Positions 35,315-52,021 are shown, counted from the stretch's first letter. The stretch: 64,000 nucleotides of DNA from Octopus vulgaris (GCA_951406725.2 OX597814.1:107570001-107634000), one strand, 5' to 3'. Notes: generated from the letters alone by a model not told the origin. Translations and numbers: made by a program.

Positions 35315-36864
35315 TGGATGGATGGATTAAAGGAGGGAAGAAAGTGTGAAGAGGAAGAAAAAGAAGGAAGTAGGAATACATACATACACACTATATATAT
35401 ATGTAATGTATCTGTCTGTCTGTCTGTCTGTCTCTCTTCACTTTCTCTCTCACTGTGACACAGGTCAGTGAGATCTGGGCTGAGCAGGCCAATGTAACCC
35501 TAACAACAACAACAACACTGCCAGGTCATTGCTTGCTGAGATGAGAGGTCAGATTGGGACAGGTCAAGAAAGACTTAGGAATGTAAGTAGGAGGTGTGAT
35601 GTGGGGGAGGGGGCAGAGGAGGGGATAAACAACAACAACAACAAGGAGCTTATGTTCCTTCTCTCTCTCTTCCTCCTCCCCTTCTCAATTTCTGAACTTT
35701 AATCACCACCACTACTACTACTACTACTACCACTGATGATAATGTTAGTGCACTACCAACACCACCACCACAACTACCTACACCACGACCACCACCACCA
35801 CCACTACCACTACCACCACTACCACCACTACCACCTACACCACCACCACTTCCACAAACACAATCACTGTCAATCATTATTAATACCACAACCACCACTG
35901 CAACTACCTCCACCACCACTGCACTGCCACCATACCACCACCACCACTACCATGTTACCATCACCATAGCCACAATGATAAATTGTCAAACACTGAAATA
36001 CTATAGCTTAATCTTCACTCAACTTTGCCTTCTTGGGGCCTAATTTTGTAGTGAGAGTAACAGGAGAGAGAGAGAGTGAGAGTAAGAGAGAGAGAGACAT
36101 GCAATGGGCTTCTTTCAGTTTCTGTCTGCCAAATTTGCTCACAAAGATTTGGTTGGCCCAAGGCTATATTAGAAGACACTTGCCCAAGTTGTCACACAGT
36201 GAGACTGAACCCAGAACTGTGTGGTTGGGAAGCTAACTTCTTACCACACAGCCATATCTGCACTTACACTTTCTTACAAAACTTGTGACAAAATCTTGTC
36301 CCAAAACCACAACTTATTGTAAATGGAATTTCAATCAGCAAGTTGGCAGAAATGTTAGAGCATCAGAGTAAATATTCTCTGGTATTTTGTTTCGTTTTCA
36401 TCTTGCCATTTGTGCTGTGGCTAAATTGGTGAATCATTTATTCATCTCCACATGATGATGTAAACATCTCAAAGGGTAATCAGCCCTGTGGATTAGCTAA
36501 ATGAATTTTGTATACAGCACAAGTTATGTAACATATACTGTTTAACTGTGAAACATATGTAGTATTTATTTACCTTCCCCATTCCTTATATTCTTGGATT
36601 TTATGTGCATTTTTAGCAATTTTACTTACTAAAAAGTGAGTTGTATAGTGACTGTCAAGTTATTGAACTTTGCCTTGATTTCGATAAGGGACAAAGTATG
36701 AAACATATGACAGTTATTAAACTTTCTTTATTGTATATTGTCAACCTTTCATCATCTATACCAACTGTATTATACATACTTGAAGCTTACTAACTTCCTA
36801 TTTTTCAGATCATACCACCCTATAATAATACACACACACATACATACATATCATCATCATCATC

Positions 36865-36927
<63 letters not shown>

Positions 36928-37060
36928 GGGTTTGTATGATTGTGTATAGAGGGATATATATTATTAAAAGAAATTCCAACTCTGTTTTTTATGTTTTATT
37001 TATATTCTTTAAAATATTAATGTAGAATATAGAATATATAGTATAAATAATATATTTATC

Positions 37061-37114
<54 letters not shown>

Positions 37115-37124
37115 CACACACAAA

Positions 37125-37760
37125 TATATGACACATGTGTGCAAACAGCCATGCTACATGGCAGTGAAACATGGGCTGTGACTACTGAGGAGATGCATAA
37201 GCTTGCAAGAAACGAAGCTAGTACACTCTACTGGATTTGTAATGTCAGTGTGCATACACAACAGAATGTAAGCACCCTGAGAGAAATGTTGGACATAAGA
37301 AGCATCGAATGTGGTGTGCAAGAGAGGCGTCTATGCTGGTATGGTTATTTGTTACATATGGATGAGGACAGCTGCGTGAAAAAGTGTCACACTCTAATAG
37401 TGGAAGGAATCTGTGGAAGAGGTAGACCCAGGAAGACCTGGGATGAGGTGGTGAAGCACGACCTTCGAATGCTGTGCCTCACAGAGGCAATGACAAGAGA
37501 CAGACCTTTGGAGATATGCTGTGATTGGGAAGACCTGGCAAGTAAAGTGAGATAGCAGCTGTAGCCTATACCAGTGTCGCATAACCAGTCTACTTAAAAG
37601 TACTCTTGAATTGCCAGGTGACATGCTGTGCTTGAGAAGACCCAGCAAGCCAAGTGAGACTGTAGCTGTGGCCAATGCCAGTGTCACATAACCAGTCTGT
37701 TTAAGAGTACTCTTCAATCATTGGGCAATAAACTGTGCTTGTGAAGTCCTGTTAAGGCCA
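37125..37760 (+). mobile_element. RTE LINE 3' fragment
   Basis: YDTCVQTAMLHGSETWAVT...RLCWYGYL...GRGRPRKTWDEVVKHDL. Confidence 0.9.
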
Positions 37761-37794
37761 GTGAAATTGTTGTCGTAACTGATGACAGTACTGC

Positions 37795-38033
37795 ATGGCA
37801 TCACTTCAACATCCACCCTATTCACCAGATTTAGCATTTGCAGACTTCTGTCTATTTACCAAGATGAAAATGCAACTCAAATGTTGCTGTTTTAACACTG
37901 TTTTCAAGATCCAGAGAGAATTGTAGAAGGCCCTCGACTTGATTATGGATTCCAAAATTGGGACCAGTGTACTGTTACACAATGGGACTATTTTGAAGGA
38001 GATGATGTTTAAACTTTTGATACCACCTCGTAA
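37795..38033 (+). mobile_element. mariner 3' remnant
   Basis: PYSPDLA..DFCLF motif; end tgataccacctcgTA. Confidence 0.75.
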
Positions 38034-38515
38034 ATACATATAAAGAATAATTAGGTGGAATTTAAAAAATAAACAAAACAGAAGACGAAGACGGGTGTGT
38101 AAACAAAAAATAGATGTATTAGTTTAATGCTCAGGAATTGAGAAAGTTTTTTATGTTTCGAGCCTACGCTCTTCAACAGAAAGGAACACAGAAATAAAAA
38201 GGGAGAGAAAATAGAAAAGGTTTAGTGGCTAGAGACAGTTAAGATTTTTTATCATAAATCATAAAATAACATTAAGACATTTGATAAACAAGAAATCCAA
38301 GAGAGAAGAAAATGAGGGGAAGCGTCTAAAAGGTGTTGAAATTTAACTTGGTTTAATGTTTGTAATAATCATTTATACAAATGTATTATACTGACCAATA
38401 TCCAGTGGTAGCATAAAGTTGATGATGGGCAGAGTTAAGTAGAGGTCAAGAGTTACTAGAACATACAAATACTAACTGTCTTTTCAATGATTTTGTCCTT
38501 TCTTTCTCCATTATA

Positions 38516-38551
<36 letters not shown>

Positions 38552-39279
38552 TAGACACACACATGCCTACACACACACACACACGAATAAATTATAATTT
38601 TTATGAGTTTAGATATTTATTAAGATTAGTAAGAACACTATTAAACTGTGATTATTTGCGAACAAAACAATTGCCAAGTCATGTGTGTGTGTGTTTCTTT
38701 TTCTCTTTTTTATTTAGAGTCTATTTCGATGGGTCACCTGCTTGGTAGCAAGGTTTTGAAGGGGAGCATCTTGCTTTGTTCTTGGTCAGGGACAGTATGT
38801 AAATGGGCCAATCCCTGCTGAAATATTCTACTTGTTTTATTTTCAAACCAGCTAGATCTGGCTTCTCACACCTACCCTGCAATGTCATTTTAAAAATAGA
38901 CAGTCACAAACACCACTTGAGCATGGTCGTTACCAGAACCACCTGACTGGCTCCGGTACCGATGGCACGTAAAAAGCACCCACTACACTCTCTGAGTGGT
39001 TGGCGTTAGGAAGGGCATCCAGCTGTAGAAACTCTGCCAGATCAGACTGGAGCCTGGTGCAGCCTTCTGGCTTGCCAGTCCTCAGTTAAAATCGTCCAAC
39101 CCATGCCAGCATGGAAAGCGGACGTCAAACGATGATGATGATGATGACATCGTTAACATGTTGATGATTAATGCCTGATTAATCCAAAACAATGCAAAGA
39201 AATAAGCATTACATTTGACAGAATAATTGGAATACTAAAGGGTTAAACAGTGATATTCAGTTCCTAAGATCCCAAGTTC

Positions 39280-39870
39280 AGCCATACTTTGTTCCAGATG
39301 GGGTCATATGTATCCTATTGCTCCGATAGTAATAGGTATGAAACTGAAAGTGTATCTTGGGTACTGGATTTTCAAACTCCTTATCAATGGTCTTCTTTCT
39401 CTTGTATTTTTCGTCTTTCTCTTGTATTTTCCTAACCCCATTCATATCCAGAGGGCATCTGATTTCCCCAACAGAAAATATCTTTTCCTTGTGGTCCCAC
39501 ACAATGATTTCTGGTCAGTTGTGTTTCAACTTTCTCCAACTTCCATCAATATTCTTTCGACCCATCAATCACAAAATGGTCAACTTCATTTATAGGTTTT
39601 TTTCTTTTTCTTTTTTATTATCCTATCCCAGATCTTTCTGGCCACTGCATTATGTCTCATGGGAAGATAATATCTGGAAGACATTCTTTCACAGTTGGTA
39701 ATAATGGGGTTGATAGCTTTAGTCTTGGTCTTGCAAAGCCTACATTTGTTGTCCATCATGTATGTATGTCACAATTCAGTTTATTTCAAGACTTCTTGCC
39801 TATAGAGAAAGAGCTGGTTTCTAACCTAAATCCAAGGGTCCTTCATTAGAATTTCAGCATCAACAACAGG
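39280..39870 (-). mobile_element. degraded REL-endonuclease LINE 3' fragment
   Basis: WDHKEK..EIRCPLDMN..KIQEKDEKY and YPRYTFSFIPITIGAIGYI in adjacent frames. Confidence 0.65.
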
Positions 39871-39883
39871 GTATTTTTGTTTG

Positions 39884-39884
<1 letters not shown>

Positions 39885-39917
<33 letters not shown>

Positions 39918-39967
39918 TGTATGTATGTATGTATGTGTGTGTATGTATGTATGTATGTATGTATGTA

Positions 39968-39998
<31 letters not shown>

Positions 39999-40830
39999 AT
40001 GTATGTATGTGTGTATGTATGTGTTTGTATGTATGTATGTATGTGTGTATGTATGTATGTGTCTGTGTGTGTATTTATGTATTATATGCATGTATGCATA
40101 TGTTTGTGTGCATAAATATGAATGTTTCTATGTATGTATCTATGTATGTGTGTGTACATGTACATGTGTCCATGCATGTATGTATGTGTGTATGTGTGAG
40201 CATGTGTGAGTGTGTATCTATGTATTTATGTCTTGTATGTCTTGTATGTATTGTATGTATTCTGATCAAACAATTAAAAAGTGACAGAAACGTTTACAAA
40301 AATGCTTTGTGTTGTCCATTGTGTGGGCGTTTGATGTCAAGTGGTCAGTGGATCAGATAGAAAGTCAGTGGTCAATGGACAGTGGCCAGAGATAATGACC
40401 AGCAAATGCAGCTGAGGGTTATAAAAAAGTAATTTACTCCAGAGGAAAGTACTTCAGTTGTAGTAGTAATTATGTTATTACACACACATCATCTTCTTCA
40501 CCACCACCACCACCACCACCACCACCACCGCCGCCGCCGCCACCACCACCACCACCATCATCACCACTACTGCCACCACTACAAACATCCCCACCACTAC
40601 TAACATCACCACCACCGCTACCACCACCACCACCACCACCACCACCACCACCATCATCACCACCACTGCCACCATCACCACTACTAACATCACCACGACC
40701 ACCACCACCATCAACAAAAACCACCAACACCACCACCGCTGCTACCACCACTCACCACCACTAACATCACCACCACCATCACCCCCACCACTGCCACCAT
40801 CACCATCATTACCACCACCATCATTATCAT
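39885..40830. repeat. (GTAT)n/(GT)n tract (39885-40260) and (CAC)n tract (40499-40830)
   Basis: Direct read. Confidence 0.95.
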
Positions 40831-41790
40831 TGTTGTCCCTGTCATTGTCATCATCATCCCCTCCCAACCATTATCATCATCATCATGATTTGTTAATGTC
40901 TACTTGTCCATATCTTCTGCATGGGTCAGATGGCATTTTCTACAGCCAAATCCCCTTCCTCTCACCAGCCTCACCTATTTCTAAGCAAGATAATGATTCC
41001 CTTCATGGCCAGGTAAGTTTTTGACAGAATATTGGAAAGGAATGACACTGCTTGTACAACAGGGACACTCATTTACAACTATCACATGCAATGTCAAGAC
41101 AAAGAGATGCAAAAGAGATATTTTCTTCAAACTTGGCATGAAGGAAGGAAAGACTATTTGGTTTCTCAAGAAGTTTTTTTTTTTGCCTTAACTTCGTTTA
41201 ACAAAACCAAAAATTTTATTGAAATAAAGGCATGCTTAATTATTTTTTAATGAAAAGTTTTGAGAAAATTTGGTTTAAATGTTTGACAACTCAGCACCAT
41301 CCATTGGACGGGGGACGTTTTGCTCGTGTATACATATATATATATGTACACTGGCAAACATAAATTTAAGACTGATGATAAAAGTTCTATTTCTTACAAA
41401 ATATTTTGTTACTATCACCATACAAATTATTATTTTTTTTACACCTTATGCGGAATTTATTTCTCTTTTGAATGATGCAGACAATAACTATTTTTATACA
41501 ACTTGAAGAATTCTAATGCTAAACGCTTCAAATTTACCGGCAAAATTAGTTTAAGACCGTATCATTATGTGTGTGTATGTGTGTATGTGAGTGTGTGAGT
41601 GAGTGTGTGAGTGTGTGTGTGTGTGTCTGTGTATGTGTGTGGGTGTGTGTATGTGTGTGTGTGCGTGCGTGCGTGCATGGTGAATGTGTATAGCTTAGTG
41701 GTTAGGGTCCTTGGTTCATAATCGTATGGTCATGAGTTTAATTCCTAGTGACTCATTGGTATTATTATTATTATTATTATTACTATTATT

Positions 41791-42050
41791 ATTCAGGTCA
41801 CTGCCTGGAATCGAACTCAGAATCTTACGGTTAGTAGCCCGCACTCTTAACCACTACGCCATATACCCGTGGGCCCATGGGCATATAATAATAATAATAA
41901 CATTGAAAAATACCTTAAGAATGAGAACCCAGGTTCAAAATTTCCCCAAGATACCTGATGAATGCTGGAGGGTATATCAGCCGAAACGTTGGTTTAACAA
42001 CAAACAAGATGAGGATAAATATCCGTCGAATGTAAATAATGTAAATAATG
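41791..42050. mobile_element. composite repeat: minus-strand tRNA-like Pol III head (41791-41866) plus plus-strand body with a hammerhead-like core (41949-41995)
   Basis: A-box TGGCGTAGTGG and B-box GAGTTCGATTCC on minus; CTGATGA..gctgg/tcagc..GAAACGTT on plus. Confidence 0.6.
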
Positions 42051-42289
42051 AACAAAGAATAAACAATAAACAATTTAGCATCAAAGTTGTATTAAATTCC
42101 TGAAGCTGCCAAAACCCCTCACTGGAGATGCAAGATACAGCCTGGTATACTTGGATATGATAACGTTGCTCTTTATGCCAAGTTGAATATAAAATAGGGT
42201 TGGCTACAGGAAAGGCATCCAGCCATATGAAACCTGCCTCAATAAACACTGTTTGATCCATGCAAGTATGAAAAGGTGGATGTCAAATT

Positions 42290-42822
42290 GATGAGGATGA
42301 GGATGACAGGGATGATGATGATGATAGTCATCATGATGATCGTAATGAGGACAATGACAACGATAACGATGATGATGATGACGACTATGATGAAGATGAA
42401 GATGACGATGATGACAACGATGATGATGATGATGATGACAATGATGACAATGATGACGACGATGGTGACAATGATGACGATGATGATGATGATGATTATG
42501 ATGATGTCTACAATGATGATGATGATGACAACAATAATGACGTTAACAATGATGATGAAGAAGAGAATGATGATGATGACGATGATGATGATGTTGATGA
42601 TGATGATGATGACGATGATGATGATGATTATGATGATGACGACGACGACAAATACAATGATGATGACGATCATGATGATTATGACGATGACAGCAACAAC
42701 AATGATGATGATGATGATGATGAGAATAATAATGATTATGACAACAGCAATAACGATGACGATGATCATGGTTAAGATGAGAATGATGATGATGATGATG
42801 AGAATCATGATGATGATGATAA
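42290..42822. repeat. (GAT/GAC)n trinucleotide tract
   Basis: Direct read. Confidence 0.97.
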
Positions 42823-43649
42823 TTTTGGACCCAGATTTTTCATCTTGTTAGAAGCGATGAAATTCGAACTGAAGAATCAGAATTCACAGAACCCAAACAA
42901 ATAACCACATGCCATCTCCCTCTACACCCCACCACTTCCTCACCCTGCACTTATATATGCGTTTTCTGCTGATCCCCAAAAGGGTGTCCTAGCAAGGAAT
43001 TGAACTCAGAGCACAGAGATGGGGCAAAAAGAAGAAGGTATTTTCAGCAAAATTTATGTTGCTGAAAATAACTTCTATTCTCTACTTTTCAGTCTCACAG
43101 ACCCCGAAAAGGAGCTACAATGTCATTCCTGGCCTTGCTATGCCTTAAATAAAAAGTTATGAAAAAATCATAGGTCCTTTGAGTATGTGAATTGAAATGA
43201 CTCTACTGAGAATTGAACCTAGAACTCAGGCTTCACTTAATGGGATATTATCTCTATGCTACAGAAGTCACAATGCCAAGAAGCAATGCAGCTTAATTGA
43301 GAGGACGAGCATCGGTATTGCTTCTGTGCAATTCTCAAAGTAAATAGAAATGGAGATTTTGCTTAGCAAGGTTTCTTATTAAAGGGACGTAATTCTTTGA
43401 GTTTATTTCATTTGAAAGTTCAAACTTCAGGCACAGACAACATCTCTTTACTTCCTTGCAATGTGCGTGTGTGCGTGCGTGTGTGTGTGTGTGTGTCTAT
43501 GCACATATGTACGTGTATAAATATACATATACATAAATACAGTGGGGCTTCTAAACAGATGCTGCACCATCATCATCAGCTGACATGATTTCTTTCAGTG
43601 CAGATCCATGTCCTCTCCACCCACCGACAGATGCCTACTGCATATAGCA

Positions 43650-46330
<2,681 letters not shown>

Positions 46331-46873
46331 GTGTGTAGTGTAAAATCAATCCATATAATAACATAGCCTAATTGATTTATCTCCCTACGTAATCATTCAT
46401 TTGTTTCCTTGTCTTAGAATTAGTTTAATTAAAAGGAATTTCTATGACACTGTTTGGGTATTTTTTTTCTCCACAAAAATTCAGAGGAATTGTATTTGTT
46501 AAATTATATCCTAAAGAAAAACCCGGTTTCTACTTCCTCACAAGCAGTAATCTTCCCATTCCAAGTGTTTGCAGACTTTACAGTCTTACCATCACTGCTG
46601 TGGCTCATATAGTTGTTGTGGATGCAAGGGAGAGGTGCAGGTGCAGCAGGGACAGAATTAGCTTACATTCTTATTTTACTCACAGTAAGGCTTTAACCTC
46701 ATTCTTCCCTTGTTATATACATACAGTTCAAATTTCACTGAGGTCTTTGCCTTTCATCCTTTCGGGGTTGATAAATTAAGTATCAGTTGCATATTGGGGT
46801 CGATCTAATCCACTGGTCCCTTCTCCCCTAAAATTTCAGGCTTTGTGCCTAGAGTAGAAAAGGTTATATATAT

Positions 46874-47895
46874 ACAGTAATCCCCCGGCTATCGTGGGTG
46901 TTACGTTCCAAAACACCCCATGATGGGTGAAAATCCATGAAATAGAAACAGTACTGTATATTTATTTTATTATTTTTATAATTTGTATATATTTATCAAA
47001 ATAAAATATCAAAATAAATATGAAATGGAAATTGTAGTTGTGATACCTGTGCCGGTGGCACGTAAAAAGCACCCACTACACTCACGGAGTGGTTGGCGTT
47101 AGCAAGGGTATCCAGCTGTAGAAACACTGCCAGATCAGACTGGAGCCTGGTGCAGCCTCCTGGCTTCCCAGACCCCGGTCAAACCGTCCAACCCATGCTA
47201 GCACGGAAAATGAACGTTAAACGATAATGATGATGATAATGATGATGATTATCATATTATAAATGCAAAACACCACCATGCACTCACCTTCCGAGTTTCG
47301 TTTTCCATCCAGTATGTGCGATTCTTTGTTTACTCATCTACAGTACTCTCCTATGCATTTTCTTTTAATATATTTTAATCAATGTGTTGTGGATGATGAC
47401 AGTACTGTCTGATTGTTACTCGTGCCAGTGGAATGTTAAAAGCACCATCTGAGCGTGACCGTTGCAAGGGCCGTTGACTGGTTCCTGTGCAGGTGGCACA
47501 GAAAAAACACCATTCGAGCGTGATCGTTGCCAGCATTACCTTATTGGCACATGTGCTGGTGGAACGTAAAAAGCACCCACTACACTCTTGGAGTGGTTGG
47601 TGTTAGGAAGGGCATCCAGCTGTAGAAACTTTGCCAGATCAGACTGGAGCCTGGTGCAACCATCTGGCTCACCAGTCCTCAGTTAAACCGTCCAACCCAC
47701 GCCAGCTTGGAAAACGGACATTAAATGATGATGATGAGGATGATGAAAGTGCAGTACAGTACTGTATTTATATTTATTAATTTAATAATTTTTTTTCTGG
47801 TGTGAAAATACTTTGTTTACCACAGAAATAACTAAAATCTAACAAAAAAATCTAAATACCTATTGGTTGCAGAAACCCGCAATATACTGGAGGAG
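46874..47895. mobile_element. Tigger/pogo-like MITE interrupted by two RTE 3' UTR copies
   Basis: TA|CAGTAATCCCCCG start; RTE UTR at ~47030-47250 and ~47420-47745. Confidence 0.5.
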
Positions 47896-48189
47896 TCAAT
47901 GATATAAATTTACGTGTGTGTGTATATATATATCATCATCATCATCATCATCATCGTTTAACGTCCGTTCTCCATGCTAGCATGGGTTGGATGGTTCGAC
48001 CGGGGATCTGGGAAGCCCGAAGGCTGCACCAGGCTCCAGTCTTATCTGGCAATGTTTCTACAGCTGGATGCCCTTCCTAACGCCAACCACTCCGTGAGTG
48101 TAGTGGGTGCATATATATATATATATATGTATATATATACACATATATATGCACACACTCACACATATGTATACGTATATATATATATC

Positions 48190-49420
48190 ATCATTGTCAT
48201 CATCATCATCATTTAATGTCCGTTGTCCACGCTGGCATGGGTTGGACAGTTTGACTGGGCTGGCACACTGGAAGGCTGTACCAGACTCCAGTCTGATTTA
48301 GCATGGTTTCTACAGCTGGATGCCCTTCCTAATGCCAACCACTCCAAGAGTGTAATGGGTGCTTTTATGTGCCACTAACACAGGTGCCATTTGCATGACA
48401 CCACTATCTTCCACGACTGCAATTTTGCTCAGCTTGATGGGTCTTCTTCTCAAGCATGACGTAATTCCAAACGTCTCAAGTCATTTGTCATTGCCACTGT
48501 GAGGCTCAAAACTCAAAAGGTGCCAGTTACAAGATACCAGCATCAGCTATGACCACGATTTCACTTGGTATGACAGGCCTTCTCAAGCAGAGCATATCAC
48601 CAAAGGTCTTGGTCACTACTAATTGCCTCTGTGACGCCCAAAGTGCAAAGATCATACTTCACCATCTCGTCTGATGTCTTCCTGGGTCTACCTCTACCAC
48701 AGGTTTCCTCTACAGTTAAAGATTACCACCTCTTTACACAGCTGTCTTTGTCCATATGCATCACATGACCATACCAACACAGTCATCTCTCTTGCACACC
48801 ACATCTGATGACTCTTATGCTTAACTTTTCTCTCAAGACGCTAACAATCTGTCAAACATACTGACATTGCACATCCAGCGCAGCATACTAGATTTTATTT
48901 CTCTCAAACCTACACATTTCCTCAGCAGTCACAGTCCATGTTTCACTGCCATGTAGCATAGGTGTTAGCACACAGGCATCATACAATCTGCCTTTCACTC
49001 TGAGAGAGAGGCCCTTTGTTGCCAGCAAAGCTAGGAGCTCTCTGAACTTTGCCCAGCATATTCTTATTCTCACAGCCATGCTCTGAGAGCATCCACCTCC
49101 AGTACTAACTTGGTTACTTAGATAACAGAAGCTATCTACTACTTACCCACCTGGCTGTTGATGAAGTCTATTTTCTGTACATTTTCAGTGTTTATTATCC
49201 CTGTGCATCTTCCACACACATAAGCTTGTTTCCCTGTTAACCTCCCTCTTATATTGCTGCACCTCTCATATGTCCATAGCCTACACCAGGTACATCTTAT
49301 GGAATTTCTACCTATGCCTTTTCTACAGACTGAGCAGGGTCATCTACCTGAATGGATTTGGGATTTGTCTCCCTTCCTACGTACTAAGTCTTCGGTTTTT
49401 GCTAGGTTAACTCTAAGGCC
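48190..49420 (-). mobile_element. RTE LINE 3' portion (ORF remnant, UTR and tail)
   Basis: RIRICWAKFRELL..KGLSLRVKGRLYDACV..MLHGSETW. Confidence 0.9.
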
Positions 49421-49444
49421 CATATAAGTATTGGTGTATATAGA

Positions 49445-49678
49445 CAGGGTTGGCCAAAAGTCACCCAACAGTAAATCAAAATTCCATAATTACTATCTGT
49501 AATTCTTTATTGACTCGAATGGAAAAGTGTGTTGCTCAAGAAGGACTTCAGTTTGAACAATTATCATGATGTTTCGTATTTAGATGCTTTTATTAAATTC
49601 ATTCGGTTGTTAAACATAAATAAATCTTGGAATTAAATGGGTTTCATTTAGTGTCAGGTGACTTTTGACCAACCCTAC
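49445..49678. mobile_element. Tc1/mariner-type MITE
   Basis: TIRs cagggttggccaaaagtcacc / ggtgacttttgaccaaccct. Confidence 0.75.
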
Positions 49679-49793
49679 ATGTATATGTATATGTGTGTGT
49701 ATGTGCGCACGTGCACGTGTGTGTGTATGCATGTATGTATGAATGTATGTATGTATGTATGTATGTATGTATGTATGTATGTATGTATGTATG

Positions 49794-49849
<56 letters not shown>

Positions 49850-49853
<4 letters not shown>

Positions 49854-49941
49854 TATAGGAAAGAATGGAGCTGAACGAAGATTTAACAAAATTCCTTTAT
49901 TTTGTTAAATCTTCGTTCAGCTCCATTCTTTCCTATACTTA
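49850..49941. repeat. perfect 43-bp inverted repeat with a 6-nt loop
   Basis: 49850-49892 is the exact reverse complement of 49899-49941. Confidence 0.92.
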
Positions 49942-51032
49942 ATATATAAAACTTCAAATTTCCGCACTAAGGCACGGATTTTATGCCCCATGGTCGTAAC
50001 TTCAACCGTGCTCTTTCTGTTGTGATTTTTGCTACCCAGGTATCGGTTATCATTTGAATTATCCGTAATAAGATAATTCATTTATCTACTTCAATAATAT
50101 ATGTATATATATATGTATGTATGTATATAAAAGAAGAAAAAGAAAATGGAGATTGGGATGTTAATAATTGTTCAATATTAACAGCAAATTAATCATCATC
50201 CCTTACAGCTGTTTCAGTTAATACTGTTTAGGTCAGTTCATCCCAAATTCTTTGTAAACTCCTAAACATATCGCCTTCTGTATATATATATACCACCAAA
50301 ATATGACCTTTTTGAACTTATAATTTTCTGTGTATATATATAGATACTTCCAAACAAACATGATTTTTAATGAAATCCTAATATTTTTAATGAACTTTTT
50401 AATAATTTCTCAAGATATTTTCTGTAAACTGTTTTTAACATGTTCTTCTTATTATCAAAGAATGTATATATGTATTGTAATATTTTGTGACAACCAGTAC
50501 CTAACACAACAAAGCTTTTACATGTTACTTTTGACAATCTTTTTCTAAAAAAAGTGAAACTGGTCAGGTGAATAAACATCTTTAAAATTGCATTTTCAAA
50601 CCTTCTTTCATATATATATTTCCACTCATGTGGTACCTTATAATTTCACTTTGCTATATATATATATATATATATATCCAAACGTGGCCGATGCCAGCGC
50701 CGCCCCGACTGGCTCCTGTGCCGGTAGCACATAAAAAGCACCATCCGAACGTGGCCATTGCCAGCGCCGCCTTGGCTGGCTTCCATACCGGTGGCACGTT
50801 AAAAGCTCCAACCGATCGCGACCGATGCCGGACCCCCCTGGTACCTGTGCAGGTGGCATGTAAAAAGCACCCACTACACTCGCGGAGTGGTTGGCGTTAG
50901 CAAGGGCATCCAGCTGTAGAAACTCTGCCAGATCAGACTGGAGCCTGGTGCAGCCCCTGGCTTCCCAGACCCCGGTCGAACCATCCAACCCATGCTAGAC
51001 GGAAAACGAACGTTAAACGATGATGATGATGA

Positions 51033-51066
<34 letters not shown>

Positions 51067-51601
51067 TAATAAATAAAATATATGCATACATACAAACATA
51101 TATGTACGTACCGACATCTACATGTATATATACATGCATATATAAATATATATACGTACAGGACATCACAGGAAGACGAAAAAATCAACAGAACAAAAAC
51201 GGAAAAGACATTTTGTTACAACAGAAGGACAGAAACGTGGAACAAGACGAAACAAAAACGAAAACGGGAAAAACAATTATGTGCAGCGGAAAAACGAAGT
51301 ACAATATATATAGGTGTGTATCTTTGATTATATGTCTATAACTGATTTCATTTTCTGCCCATTTGTTATAAATTACAATTTTATTGATAGACCTTTAGTT
51401 TCCTTGTTGTTGCTGTTGTTGTTGAAGCTATCACATGTGCTGCAGTAATGACATCTTTAAGATAAAGTCAAGGAAATTGTTCTAAAAGAGCAGATTCTAA
51501 ATCCATTCTCTGGAATTATCTCTCTATTCTCTAATATGATATTTACAGAAGGTCTGTTTCTTGAACTTATGAGGCAGGTATATATACATACGCGCGCGCG
51601 C

Positions 51602-51639
<38 letters not shown>

Positions 51640-51988
51640 ATGTTTATTTTTTCTGTTCAGTTTTAATAGAAACAATTTTACATTAATCTCATGTGTTACT
51701 CTATACATTTTTTAGAACACAGATTTATTCTTCTTAAGCAAGAATATTATTGACAGTGACTTCAAAATCATATGTATATATATTTTCTCTCTTTTCTCTT
51801 TTACTTGTTTCAGTCATTTGACTAAGACCATGCTGGAGCACCGCCTTTAGTTGAGCAAATCAACCCTAGGACTTATTCTTTGGAAGCCTAGTACTTATTC
51901 TATCGGTCTCTTTTGCCGAACCACTAGCTTACAGAGACATAAACACACCACCATTGGTTGTCAAGCGATGTTGAGGGGACAAACACAG

Positions 51989-52021
<33 letters not shown>

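Noticed and set aside
40310-40385. Possible hairpin tgtccattg...caatggaca
   Set aside because: Only 9 bp of outer pairing with a poorly paired interior; not miRNA-like
41791-41866. Possible tRNA gene
   Set aside because: A and B boxes are present but no convincing acceptor stem; it runs into (TAA)n, so it is a SINE-like head
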